From Macrostomum lignano (lineage: Eukaryota), in the NCBI GenBank assembly GCA_002269645.1, contig NIVC01000037.1, positions 1 through 64,000 of the forward strand: a DNA stretch of 64,000 nucleotides. Reading direction: 5' to 3'. The notes under the pieces were generated by a model that made no database searches, was not told the origin of the DNA, and was given only the letters and a program-made list of their open reading frames with translations. This document shows positions 22,601 through 34,978 of the stretch, piece after piece; positions within the stretch are counted from its first letter, which is position 1; each line of letters starts with the position of its first letter. A program made the position numbers and the translations under genes.

Positions 22601-25600
22601 ATTGGTGATTAAAATGGAGAGATTAAAGATTCAGAGAGAATGGAGATTCATAGGAGAGATTGGTGATTAAAATGGAGAGATTAAAGATTCAGAGAGAATG
22701 GAGATTCATGGGAGAGATTGGTGATTAAAATGGAGAGATTAAAGATTCAGAGAGAATGGAGATTCAGATGGAAAGAATGGAGATTCATAGGAGAGATTGG
22801 TGATTAAAATGGAGAGATTAAAGATTCAGAGAGAATGGAGATTCATAGGAGAGATTGGTGATTAAAATGGAGAGATTAAAGATTCAGAGAGAATGGAGAT
22901 TCATGGGAGAGATTGGTGATTAAAATGGAGAGATTAAAGATTCAGAGAGAATGGAGATTCATAGGAGAGATTGGTGATTAAAATGGAGAGATTAAAGATT
23001 CAGAGAGAATGGAGATTTATAGGAGAGATTGGTGATTAAAATGGAGAGATTAAAGATTCAGAGAGAATGGAGATTCATAGGAGAGATTGGTGATTAAAAT
23101 GGAGAGATTAAAGATTCAGAGAGAATGGAGATTCATAGGAGAGATTGGTGATTAAAATGGAGAGATTAAAGATTCAGAGAGAATGGAGATTCATAGGAGA
23201 GATTGGTGATTAAAATGGAGAGATTAAAGATTCAGAGAGAATGGAGATTCATAGGAGAGACTGGTGATTAAAATGGAGAGATTAAAGATTCAGAGAGAAT
23301 GGAGATTCATAGGAGAGATTGGTGATTAAAATGGAGAGATTAAAGATTCAGAGAGAATGGAGATTCATAGGAGAGATTGGTGATTAAAATGGAGAGATTA
23401 AAGATTCAGAGAGAATGGAGATTTATAGGAGAGATTGGTGATTAAAATGGAGAGATTAAAGATTCAGAGAGAATGGAGATTCATAGGAGAGATTGGTGAT
23501 TAAAATGGAGAGATTAAAGATTCAGAGAGAATGGAGATTCATGGGAGAGATTGGTGATTAAAATGGAGAGATTAAAGATTCAGAGAGAATGGAGATTCAT
23601 AGGAGAGATTGGTGATTAAAATGGAGAGATTAAAGATTCAGAGAGAATGGAGATTCAGATGGAAAGAATGGAGATTCATAGGAGAGATTGGTGATTAAAA
23701 TGGAGAGATTAAAGATTCAGAGAGAATGGAGATTCATAGGAGAGATTGGTGATTAAAATGGAGAGATTAAAGATTCAGAGAGAATGGAGATTCATAGGAG
23801 AGATTGGTGATTAAAATGGAGAGATTAAAGATTCAGAGAGAATGGAGATTCAGATGGAAAGAATGGAGATTCATAGGAGAGATTGGTGATTAAAATGGAG
23901 AGATTAAAGATTCAGAGAGAATGGAGATTCATAGGAGAGATTGGTGATTAAAATGGAGAGATTAAAGATTCAGAGAGAATGGAGATTCAGATGGAAAGAA
24001 TGGAGATTCATAGGAGAGATTGGTGATTAAAATGGAGAGATTAAAGATTCAGAGAGAATGGAGATTCGGGAGAGATTGGTGATTAAAATGGAGAGATTAA
24101 AGATTCAGAGAGAATGGAGATTCATAGGAGAGATTGGTGATTAAAATGGAGAGATTAAAGATTCAGAGAGAATGGAGATTCATGGGAGAGATTGGTGATT
24201 AAAATGGAGAGATTAAAGATTCAGAGAGAATGGAGATTCAGATGGAAAGAATGGAGATTCATAGGAGAGATTGGTGATTAAAATGGAGAGATTAAAGATT
24301 CAGAGAGAATGGAGATTCATAGGAGAGATTGGTGATTAAAATGGAGAGATTAAAGATTCAGAGAGAATGGAGATTCATGGGAGAGATTGGTGATTAAAAT
24401 GGAGAGATTAAAGATTCAGAGAGAATGGAGATTCATAGGAGAGATTGGTGATTAAAATGGAGAGATTAAAGATTCAGAGAGAATGGAGATTTATAGGAGA
24501 GATTGGTGATTAAAATGGAGAGATTAAAGATTCAGAGAGAATGGAGATTCATAGGAGAGATTGGTGATTAAAATGGAGAGATTAAAGATTCAGAGAGAAT
24601 GGAGATTCATAGGAGAGATTGGTGATTAAAATGGAGAGATTAAAGATTCAGAGAGAATGGAGATTCATAGGAGAGATTGGTGATTAAAATGGAGAGATTA
24701 AAGATTCAGAGAGAATGGAGATTCATAGGAGAGACTGGTGATTAAAATGGAGAGATTAAAGATTCAGAGAGAATGGAGATTCATAGGAGAGATTGGTGAT
24801 TAAAATGGAGAGATTAAAGATTCAGAGAGAATGGAGATTCATAGGAGAGATTGGTGATTAAAATGGAGAGATTAAAGATTCAGAGAGAATGGAGATTTAT
24901 AGGAGAGATTGGTGATTAAAATGGAGAGATTAAAGATTCAGAGAGAATGGAGATTCATAGGAGAGATTGGTGATTAAAATGGAGAGATTAAAGATTCAGA
25001 GAGAATGGAGATTCATGGAGAGATTGGTGATTAAAATGGAGAGATTAAAGATTCAGAGAGAATGGAGATTCATAGGAGAGATTGGTGATTAAAATGGAGA
25101 GATTAAAGATTCAGAGAGAATGGAGATTCGGGGAGAGACTGGGAGAGAACGGAGAGATGCAATATACAGAATCGAAAGCTACACACTAACGCAGTTCCAA
25201 CTCCCAAGTAGACATAAAATACAGATTGCACATTCCGGCATGGCAAGGCCAGTCCATGCTCAATGCGCAGATACCAAACAAGAAAGTATGTCTGAGATAA
25301 GAGTGAATAAATTTTAGTCAGGGCCAGTGCTAACTGCATAAGTCAGTGTTAGACTGATATTGATAACAGCAAGAGCTGGTCCTGGCGAAACATAAGTTCG
25401 CAGTGCACGCATGGTCTCTGAAGGCAAAAATAATATTGTTGATCATCGCTAGCAAAGGCAAAGGAGAGCGCACAGAGTGTGCCCGTGCTGTCTTTCAAAC
25501 CTTAAATAGTGGGCAATCAAACCTATACAGAGGTCAATTGACTTCCCCACTAAATTTTTCGCAACTTCAATAGAGGGGTCAATTGACCCCCCGATGTAAA

Positions 25601-28600
25601 CTATGGCTGACAACACTAAATAGAGGGGTCAATTGACCCCCAATGTACACTATTGCTGACAACACTAAATAGAGGGGTCAATCGAACCCCCCCATGTACA
25701 CTACGGCTGACAACACTAAATAGAGGGGTCAATCGACCTCCCTCCAAAGTTCACTTTGGCTGACAACACTAGAGCAGAAATAAGTTTCTAACAGGTGATA
25801 ATTGAATGCTCACCCGCCAGTGATGCAGCTCGCTAACGTAGCCCCAGATAGCAACTGTGAGTGCCCGATTGCCCGGCTCGGTGAGCAGGCCAGTGAACAC
25901 GTAGTCCTCCGTAGTGAACCGATGGCTGTGCCAGCACCGGCCAGCGTCGGTGCTAAATTTAACAACCTGCGGCGAGCTGCCGTTAGCAGATTTCTCAACC
26001 GCTACAAGAAAATTGCCATTGTTGCCAATCTGCACGCGATGCGGGCCTTTCAAAGCCAGGTACCAGGAATAGCCGCCGTCGCTGCTGATGTACACGTCGG
26101 CTGGGTTCGACTGCAGTTTGGCGGCGGTGTGGCCGTGAACGATAAGAAGGCCGACGGCACTGGGCGCTGATCTGGGCTGGTCGGCCGGCACACTGCGGCT
26201 GATGCTGTAATAGGAGGCCACCTGACAGGCGGTTGGGCGGTTATATTAGACCATGAGATTAGACCGACTGTCTCGGAGATCTCACTTATGAGATTAGACC
26301 TACTGTCTCCGAGATCTCACCCATGAGATAAGACCGACTGTCTCACGAGATCTCACCCATGAAATATCACTACTAAGAGATCTCACCCATCAGATTAGAA
26401 ATTGTCTCACGAGATCTCACACATGAGATTAGACCTACTGTCTCACGAGATCTCACCCATGAGATTTAACTACTAAGAGATCTCACCCATGAGATTAGAC
26501 CTACTGTCTCCGAGATCTCACCCATGAGATTAGACCTACTGTCTCCGAGATCTTACCCATGAGATTAGACCTACTGTCTCCGAGATCTCACCCATGAGAT
26601 TTAACTACTAAGAGATCTCACCCATGATATTAGACCTACTTTCTCCGAGATCTCACCCATGATATTAGACCTACTGTCTCCGAGATCTCACCTATGAGAT
26701 TAGACCTACTGTCTCCGAGATCTCACCCATGACCTCTATCTCAGAGGTCTCACCTGCAGATAGCACGGGCCGCCATCAGTAGTCGTACACGTGACACCGT
26801 CAGGTTTACTGAGGTGCCGCCAGACCGCGCCCCTATTATGCGTGATCACGGAGTGCATGGACGCGTCAGAGTGCAGCACGGTGCTCAGGAAGGCGCCGCG
26901 CATTGACTCAACCTTGTAGAAGTCGCTGCTGCCGCCAAGCGGAGGGTAGAAATTCCTCTCCAGGGATTTGGAGAACACCTGGCCAAGACTGTTGGAGGTG
27001 TACAGAGTGCCGTAGCCCAGGTAGTTGCCAGCGTCGATGTGCACGAAGGCCAGACCATCGCTGGTGTCCAAGATGACAAAGAATCTGTCCGGAGTAGCTG
27101 AAGGCAGCTGAGTGCGAACGAATGTCTTGCCGCAGTCTGTTGATACCTGCCAATTATAATTGTGAATATATGATTTAGGGTTTCAATTGTGCAAGTGGGA
27201 ATTGAAGCTATGAAAGTAGCAATTAAGCAGGGAAGTTGAAGGTCAAACGTTAGAGGTCACTGCTATTATGGTTGTGAAAGTGAGAATTATGGTTGTGAAA
27301 GTGAGAATTATGGTTGTGAAAGTGAGAATTATGGTTGTGAAAGTGAGAATTATGGTTGTGAAAGTGAGAATTATGGTTGTGAAAGTGAGAATTATGGTTG
27401 TGAAAGTGAGAATTATGGTTGTGAAAGTGAGAATTATGGTTGTGAAAGTGAGACTTATGGTTGTGAAAGTGAGACTTATGGTTGTGAAAGTGAGAATAAT
27501 GGTTGTGAAAGTGAGACTTATGGTTGTGAAAGAGAGAATTTATCAATGCGAGCTTAGCCACTAAGGCGACTGTGAAAATAAAGACGATACCTCTAAATGC
27601 CTGGACTCGGCCTTGCCCTCGTCCGATTTGGATATAAAAATAAAGCCGTCCTTATTGTTATAAGAGTAGATTTTCTCAGCCAGTGTTTTCCAATTATTGG
27701 ACCCGGCAGTGAAGTCCGTCAGCTTCGCGAGTTGCCGGCCGGGCAGCCTGTGATTGCTCGAAGCGACGCCGTCGCGCAGCAGAGATACGAAGCTGGCTTC
27801 GCCATCAAATGCAGCGTAGATACTGTCCTTATCATCGGCACTAACGCCCCAGGAGGCCTGCGGTTTAGTAGGTGGGGAATCTTTACAACTGATTACTTCA
27901 GACTGCCGCTTCACTGCCGTTAGACACTGGCCTGTACACCTGTTAGACAGGGGATTCTGCATCTGTTAGACACTGGCCTGTACACCTGTTAGACAGGGGA
28001 TTCTGCATCTGTTAGACACTGGCCTGTACACCTGTTAGACAGGGGATTCTGCATCTGTTAGACACTGGCCTGTACATCTGTTAGACAGGGGATTCTGCAT
28101 CTGTTAGACACTGGCCTGTACACCTGTTAGACAGGGGATTCTGCATCTGTTAGACACTGGCCTGTACACCTGTTAGACAGGGGATTCTGCATCTGTTAGA
28201 CACTGGCCTGTACACCTGTTAGACAGGGGATTCTGCATCTGTTAGACACTGGCCTGTACACCTGTTAGACAGGGGATTCTGCATCTGTTAGACACTGGCC
28301 TGTACACCTGTTAGACAGGGGATTCTGCATCTGTTAGACACTGGCCTGTACACCTGTTAGACAGGGGATTCTGCATCTGTTAGACACTGGCCTGTACATC
28401 TGTTAGACAGGGGATTCTGCATCTGTTAGACACTGGCCTGTACATCTGTTAGACAGGGGATTCTGCATCTGTTAGACACTGGCCTGTACACCTGTTAGAC
28501 AGGGGATTCTGCATCTGTTAGACACTGGCCTGTACATCTGTTAGACAGGGGATTCTGCATCTGTTAGACACTGGCCTGTACACCTATTAGACAGGGGATT

Positions 28601-31398
28601 CTGCATCTGTTAGACACTGGCCTGTACACCTATTAGACAGGGGATTCTGCATCTGTTAGGCAATGGCCTGTAAAACCTGTTAGACAGGGGATTCTGCATC
28701 TGTTAGGCAATGGCCTGTAAAACCTGTTAGACAGGGGATTCTGCATCTGTTAGGCAATGGCCTGTAAAACCTGTTAGACAGGGGATTCTGCATCTGTTAG
28801 GCAATGGCCTGTAAAACCTGTTAGACAGGGGATTCTTCATCTGTTAGACATCTGTTAGACACTGGTCTGTACATGTTAGACGGGAGTCTCATATCTGCTA
28901 GACACCTACTCTCCCAGCACCTGTTAGACATCTAGGCTCCCAGCACCTGTTAGACATCTAGGCTCTCAGCACCTGTTAGACATCTAGGCTCCCAGCACCT
29001 GTTAAACACCTTCTCTCTCAGCACCTGCTATACATCTAGGCTCCCAGCACCTGTTAAACACCTTCTCTCTCAGCACCTGTTAGACATCTAGGCTCCCAGC
29101 ACCTGTTAAACACCTTCTCTCTCAGCACCTGCTATACATCTAGGCTCCCAGCACCTGTTAGACATCTAGGCTCCCAGCACCTGTTAGACATCTAGGCTCC
29201 CAGCACCTGTTAGACATCTAGGCTCCCAGCACCTGTTAAACACCTTCTCTCTCAGCACCTGCTATACATCTAGGCTCCCAGCACCTGTTAGACATCTAGG
29301 CTCCAAGAACCTGTTAGACAGTCACTCTCAAACCAATTAATTCACCTTGAACACGCGCTTCTTAATCAAACGCCAATCCTGACCGGCATTAACTGACAAA
29401 TACAGCTTGTCACCGGCCTGGGCAAGCAGCCAATCGGGCTTGTCAGTGTGAAACAAAATCTGAGCAGATTGGACCGGAAACCCGGGGCTGGACAAGTGCC
29501 AGGTGGCACCGCCATCCAGAGTGTAATAGAGAAGTCCGGTGGCGCCGCCCAGCTTAGCGGGGTCGTGGCAGGCCAGGTAGATTCTGGCTGGCTGGGCTGG
29601 ATTCCGCTGCAGGCCCAGCGATTGGGACACTAGAAGGGCGGAACTGGTAGCGCCGGCTTCAAGGATCTTGGCGGTGATGTTGACAAAGGTCCGGCCATCG
29701 TTGGTGCTTCTGTAGACGCTGGAGTCGCGGGTTAGAACACCCTGTGTTCGAATAGTCACTATGATGAGCGTCTGAAATTAATTACATTTATTATATATGA
29801 GCATTATTAATGAGCCTTAGCAGAACAGTTCAATAGTAATTGCTGATAAAACTCACCTGATTGCCTGCCCAAGTCATCAGCAAGCTGGGTTTAGTCTCAT
29901 TGGAGAAGATAAACTACAATTTTAGAAATAGTTAAAAAATTAACAAAAATATTGAGGATTTCTAACACTAAGATATTTGTAATATGACTAGTATAAAGCA
30001 AATTGATGCACTTTTCACTATACTGGCACATATAATAGCAGTTGATAAACTCTAGCCCATGAAGCCTCTCTATCTGGCTTTTAGGCCCTTTGCAACTTAA
30101 TAAAAGCAATCTAGCCTACTCAAATTTTGTATCTCTTCTTAGTTCTTTTTTCTTCTACTCTTTTTTTCTCTTCAAATTTTAATTCTCCTTTCCCTTTCTC
30201 TTTTCTAATCTTTCTCTTTTTCTTTTTTTACTCTTTTTTACTTAATACTTTCCTTTTTCTTTTCTATTATTATTGCTACTTTTCAAATTGCTATAAAACT
30301 TATAAAATATAAAATTGCTCATAGGTATCAAAATGAGAAAGGGTTGGAAAGGGGATATGGCCTTCTTACTTTTAAAGTAGGAGGACCATCAATGGTACTT
30401 GCCTGTCATCCTTTTTTTAGCAACTCTTGCTATATTTTTTGCTAAATAAAGTGCTAAAATTATTTTCAAAATTAATTTATTTATAATATAAGCAATTGCT
30501 TTTTTAAATAAAAGGTAAAAACAAAATAAATCAGATTGGGTCAGATCTAGGATCAGATCCATTGGCATTAGATTAGCAATTAACTGATTATAACAAAGTA
30601 GTAATGATTATAGGCATTAGAATGGAGGTCTAAAAGAGCCATACCCCTATCTCCCACTTTTTAAAAACATTCTAATGTTTATAAAATTGCTTAAATGCAT
30701 TACCATTAGATTAGGTTAAAATTGTCAACTAGCAATGAATTTGAATATAGATAAGCCTATATATTTAAAAATATATAGTAGTAGATTAAGTAAAAGTATA
30801 TAATCTTTGATTTGTTATCAAATTTTGGCAAAAAAAGTAAATCTAAGTCTTATAGCCAATATAATTTCATAGGTTGTTTTAAAAAGTCAATATAATTTAT
30901 ATAATAAGATTATAAGTGATAAGAACTCGTGGCACTGGAAGCATGTGCCTAATAAAAAATGAGTCTAGGTAGCACACAATGCATTGTTTCCTTGACTTTT
31001 TAGTTTTTGATATTTGATTTTGGCTGCTTAGTAATAATAGCTAATATCAAATAATATTTGTGCTTTTTCTCATTTTAGATTCTAATTAGGCCCCCTAGTA
31101 GCTTATAGCTATAAGGACACCCATGCCCCTGTGCCCCATGCCTAGAGCCCTCCCCCCCTAATTGGCCCTAAAATATTAGGCTCCGCTGCCCCTGATCAAT
31201 AAAAAGTACTTTTTAAACCAAAAAAAATTAACTAACCTCTGAAACAAACTTTGATTGAACAGCAGCAGATGAAAGTTTTTCTTTAATATTTTTTTGTTGC
31301 TCAGTGCACTTTGGAGATGAATCGATTGATTTCGTGCAGGAAGTGAAAACAAAAAAGATGATTATCAAAATGCCAAATATGCTTTTCAAAAGACTCAT
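19683..31398 (-). CDS. SORT1: Sortilin-like Vps10p-domain receptor, 8 exons (31237-31398, 29857-29913, 29346-29771, 27591-27857, 26754-27146, 25814-26221, 20792-21199, 19683-20174), about 870 aa
   Basis: All junctions are GT-AG and in frame. Signal peptide MSLLKSIFGILIIIFFVFTSC. Asp-box/BNR repeats SxDGGxTW, STNDGRTF, STDCGKTF and STDAGRCW. A Cys-rich 10CC module (CVLG...CECTKDDFECEFGY), one TM helix, and a tail with YSIV and DKQALL sorting motifs. No LDLR, FN3 or PKD domains. The family call is firm, but orthology to SORT1 is inferred from architecture. Confidence 0.85.
20198..20757. repeat. (CAGT)n microsatellite, about 140 perfect units, filling intron 7 of the sortilin-like gene
   Basis: Direct reading. 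Confidence 0.97.
21240..25130. repeat. Compound minisatellite: 21-bp units (21240-21779) followed by related 58-bp units (21780-25130)
   Basis: Periods 21 and 58, sharing the GAGAATGGAGATTCA core. Lies in intron 6. Confidence 0.95.
25526..25770. repeat. About 50-bp tandem repeat (4-5 units) carrying a GGGGTCAATTGACCCC palindrome or degenerate versions
   Basis: TAGAGGGGTC at 25571, 25621, 25670 and 25721. Confidence 0.85.
26250..26735. repeat. About 35-bp minisatellite (GAGATCTCACCCATGAGATTAGACCTACTGTCTCC), intron 5
   Basis: Tandem units. Confidence 0.85.
27265..27540. repeat. 21-bp minisatellite (ATTATGGTTGTGAAAGTGAGA), intron 4
   Basis: Tandem units. Confidence 0.9.
27920..29320. repeat. 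46-bp minisatellite (27920-28860) followed by a related ~26-bp repeat (28910-29320), intron 3
   Basis: Both share the CCTGTTAGACA core. Confidence 0.9.
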
Positions 31399-33429
31399 CC
31401 TGCCAGAGATCTGGTTTCACCAGGTTCCTTGTCAATCTCAATTGAATATTAATTTTAGAATATCGACAATATTTTTCAACACAGCAAATAATGGAGAGCG
31501 ATTATAGAGGTGTAGTATAAGTATAGTATAGCTAGCGATACCCGTGACAATCAATATTTAATTTTTTAAGAATTGAAGTCAATAATTTAGGTTAAAAATG
31601 AATTCGCGATTACAGAGAGATTCTTGGAATTTCAATAAGTTGCTTTTATATTTCCAATTTTAAATTTAGTTTAACAAACAATTTTTTACCAAAATGGCAT
31701 ATTAGGCAGAAAAACTAACACATTTTCAAGACTTTAAATTTTGAACAAAGAAAGAAATATCATTTTTATATGATTTGTCAGTTTTGTTTTAGTAAAGTAC
31801 CGGGTTCGTTATAACCGTTTTATTTATGAGTTTTCAATTTTGATTAAAATACAACCTTATAACTTAAGTGCACTTAAACAACATATTATTTTTATTAACT
31901 TTAAATTCTTCAAATTGATGCTGCAGCAACAGTGTTTCGTGCGCATAATCAAGCTGAGCATCGTGTATAGCTCTGAAGCTTTAGCGACGTTGATCCAACT
32001 TGCAGCTGAAATCTCGAGTGCTAAACATTAGAAAATCAAATTCAGTCTAACAATAGTAAATACTGTAGCAAATAAGTGACGAAGTCTATCTCTCGCGGTT
32101 CTAGTAGTCCTTGTCGTTTTTCAAATCGACAAGGATCAAATAAGGCTGTTCACCCTTAAGTTATTATTACGAATGCTTATTGCTACTGCTAGTAAGTACA
32201 TGTTGATCATTAAACGCTTTTTCATTCATTACTTTTATGGTTGTATTGTAGTCTTTGAGTATAAATCTGTAAGCTTCGGCTTTGTCTGTAATCTTCTAAC
32301 TCCATGCTGACTACTAAATGCATATTTATGTACGTGCAATTAACTATAAATAATAAAGTAGCAATGCGCAGTATAAATGGCTATATGTACATGTAGCGTA
32401 TACTTTTATTAATAGTGTAGATACACGAATTACGACCCCAAAAACTTCGATTCTAGTCTACCATATTGACAAATGTATCTAAAAGGAGATTGATTAGCAA
32501 AAATCCAATTGCATGCATTTGTTCCCAAATAAAGAAGAGCCTCGATCGCTGATGAAAGTTATAATTAATAGCTCTAAGAAGACGTGGAAATTAAGACTTA
32601 CCGAAGCATCTTGACAACAGCATGCCCTACTCTCAAATGCCAATGTATAGTATCCAGGGACATGGGGGGAGCCAATATCGGGAACATGTGGATTTGCTCG
32701 AAATTAATTAGATGGTAGGTAATTATTAGAAATGCGCCGCCCCGCGTACACCTTTCGCTTCAAAATCGCATATATCAAACATCAATGGCTGTTGCATATG
32801 GCCTTGTGCTAAGCTATAGCACCAGTTTTTCCTCGCCTCCATATATTCGCCCACACCTAAATGTGTGATATGGCGAATATTTCCAGCTCAGATTTCAGGT
32901 GCGCGGGCCCGTCGGCCGCAGCTGCTATTAGCTAAAGATTGCGGCAGGGCCACGCCTACCCTCTATAATGCAGCGACGGGCCCCGTCAAATCGAGCCGAT
33001 CCGTCGAAGCGAACCTGTCAAAGCTGACATTCCAGCGAGCGCACCTTGGCGGAGCTGAGACAGCGATAGAGTGAAGTTCCATAACACTTCAGGCTGTGGG
33101 CGTGACCGCATTGAAATCCGATCGGGGTCTGAAATACAGCATAGATATAGAGTTAGAGCAGGTTCAAAATACCAGGTTCAAAGCCTCTGTAACATTCGAA
33201 ACAGAATTCTATGATAAATGTATTTCCTTCGAATTGTGAAAATTTATTAGATTTATTTATTAGATTTCAAGCCTTCCGGCTCTCACTTTTTGGGGGATTC
33301 GTAACTCAGTTCTTCCCTTATTGATGTGCCATTGTACTCTCTTCTTTTAAAAAGAGAGCTTTTATCTAAGTTGTCAATCTTCCTCCTCCATCTCTTCTTC
33401 TTGAGAATTCTACTTTCTGCTCTAATTCT

Positions 33430-33723
33430 CATTCGCCTCTCGCCTCTCACTCCCCTCTCACTCTCCCCTTCTCACCCCCTCTCACTCTTTCACTCCCCTC
33501 TCACTCTTTCACTCGCCTCTCACTCTCCCATTCTCACCCCCTCTCCCCTCTCACTCTCCCCTCTCACTCTCCCCTCTCACTCTCCCCTTCTCACCCCCTC
33601 TCCCCTCTCACTCTCCCCTTCTCGCCCCCTCTCACTCTTTCACTCCCCTCTCACTCTTTCACTCCCCTCTCACTCTCCCATTCTCACCCCCTCTCACTTT
33701 CTCACTCTCCCCTCTCACTCTCC
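33430..33723. repeat. CT-rich low-complexity repeat, left flank of the Polinton-like element
   Basis: Same CTCTCACTCTCCC-type units and same orientation as 43083-43600, so one array split by the insertion. Confidence 0.85.
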
Positions 33724-34612
33724 ACTACTAAGGACTGGTAGATCCGCCCTTTTTGGAGGTGGGGTGGGTGTCAACCCTCCTCGCCTCTCATTGGCTGGCG
33801 CGCGCGCCGCAGGCGCGTGGCGCTATCCAGGCGCCAATTAGGCGCCCATGCCGCAGGCGCACCCTCCCGATATGTACCCCGATATGTATGCCCTCCCTCC
33901 CGATATGTATGCCCACCCTCCCGATATGTACCCCGATATGTATGCCCACCCTCCCGATATGTATGCCCTCCAGAGCAGCAGGCGCCTATGCTGCAGGCGC
34001 CCATGCCGCAGGCACCCCGAGTGTACACTCTACCGAGCCGCAGGCACCCCGAGTGTACACTCTACCGAGCCGCAGGCACCCCGAGTGTACACTCTCGCGA
34101 TATGTACACTCTACCACTCTCCCGATATGTACACTCTACCACTCTCCCGATATGTAGTCAACGATATTAGGCTAGTGAAAACTACTTATAGTAGGTGAAA
34201 TTGAGTATATTTACATAAAAATGTAGATAAAACATATTGGTAGGTGAATAATGACGCATAATACATATTGGAGCATATGAGCAGCAAAAACACACAATGT
34301 AGGTGCATGGGCAGAAATAGACAAAGCAGGTACTGTAGGCGCTACATAGGTGGAAATACACACAGCAGGTTTACAAAGTGTACTTTCGATACATATCGGA
34401 TTAATGTATAAAGCAGGTTTACAAGGCATGCATAAGATGTAGTTGTATAATACAGGCACGCATGTATAATCAGATTATAGGCAAACGCCCAGGTGCAATT
34501 TCAACAGACGCGTAAATAATGTCACACCGACTAAAGAGTAAATATTGTCTAGCCCGCAGGTGCATAAAAATTTTAAACAAAAGCGGTTCGGGGAAATCCC
34601 AAAAGGGAGGTT
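33724..34612 (+). repeat. Left terminal inverted repeat (~890 bp)
   Basis: Reverse complement of 42214-43082, with indels in the internal GC-rich repeat block. Confidence 0.9.
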
Positions 34613-34978
34613 CACGGCCTAATGACCCGATATACTTTCAACACAATTAAACCCACAAGTGGGCTAGAAAAATGGACAACGTATTTCGATTGCGCTATCA
34701 GTACGCTAATCAGCGCAGCAAGTTCATGTCAGGAGTTCTACTCCAAGAGGCAGACCGCTGGGCCACAAACCGCCCCGAGGGAATAGGTGTCAAATGGGAG
34801 TTTTAACACTTGAGGGGATCCCGCTCAATGTACAGTGGAGGCGCCAAATGAGTAAGGACCCCTAAGTACAGTGCGGGCGTAAAACCATTTTCATCCCCAC
34901 GAGTCAAGGGATCCCAAGTGGGCACATAGGGGAATCCCAGGCAGGGAGGCGTAAAAAAGATAGATCCTTATCTTTCAC

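Noticed and set aside
21780-25130. Regular 58-bp (and 46-bp at 27920-28860) repeats resembling a CRISPR array
   Set aside because: There are no unique spacers and no cas genes, and the context is a eukaryotic intron.
27858-27962. Extending sortilin exon 4 into the 46-bp repeat, as ORF 27561-27962 suggests
   Set aside because: The repeat-borne acceptor gives a stop in the required phase. The acceptor at 27858-27860 (ctactaaaccgcag|GCC) joins in frame as RVFK|ASWG.
32800-33130. GC-rich island upstream of the sortilin-like gene as an ncRNA
   Set aside because: No tRNA, snRNA, SL or ribozyme signature was recognised. It is more likely promoter or 5' UTR sequence.
33293-33305. GGGATTCGTAAC resembling the right-end 17-nt TIR cassette
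   Set aside because: The match is only ~11 nt with an indel, so it is compatible with chance.
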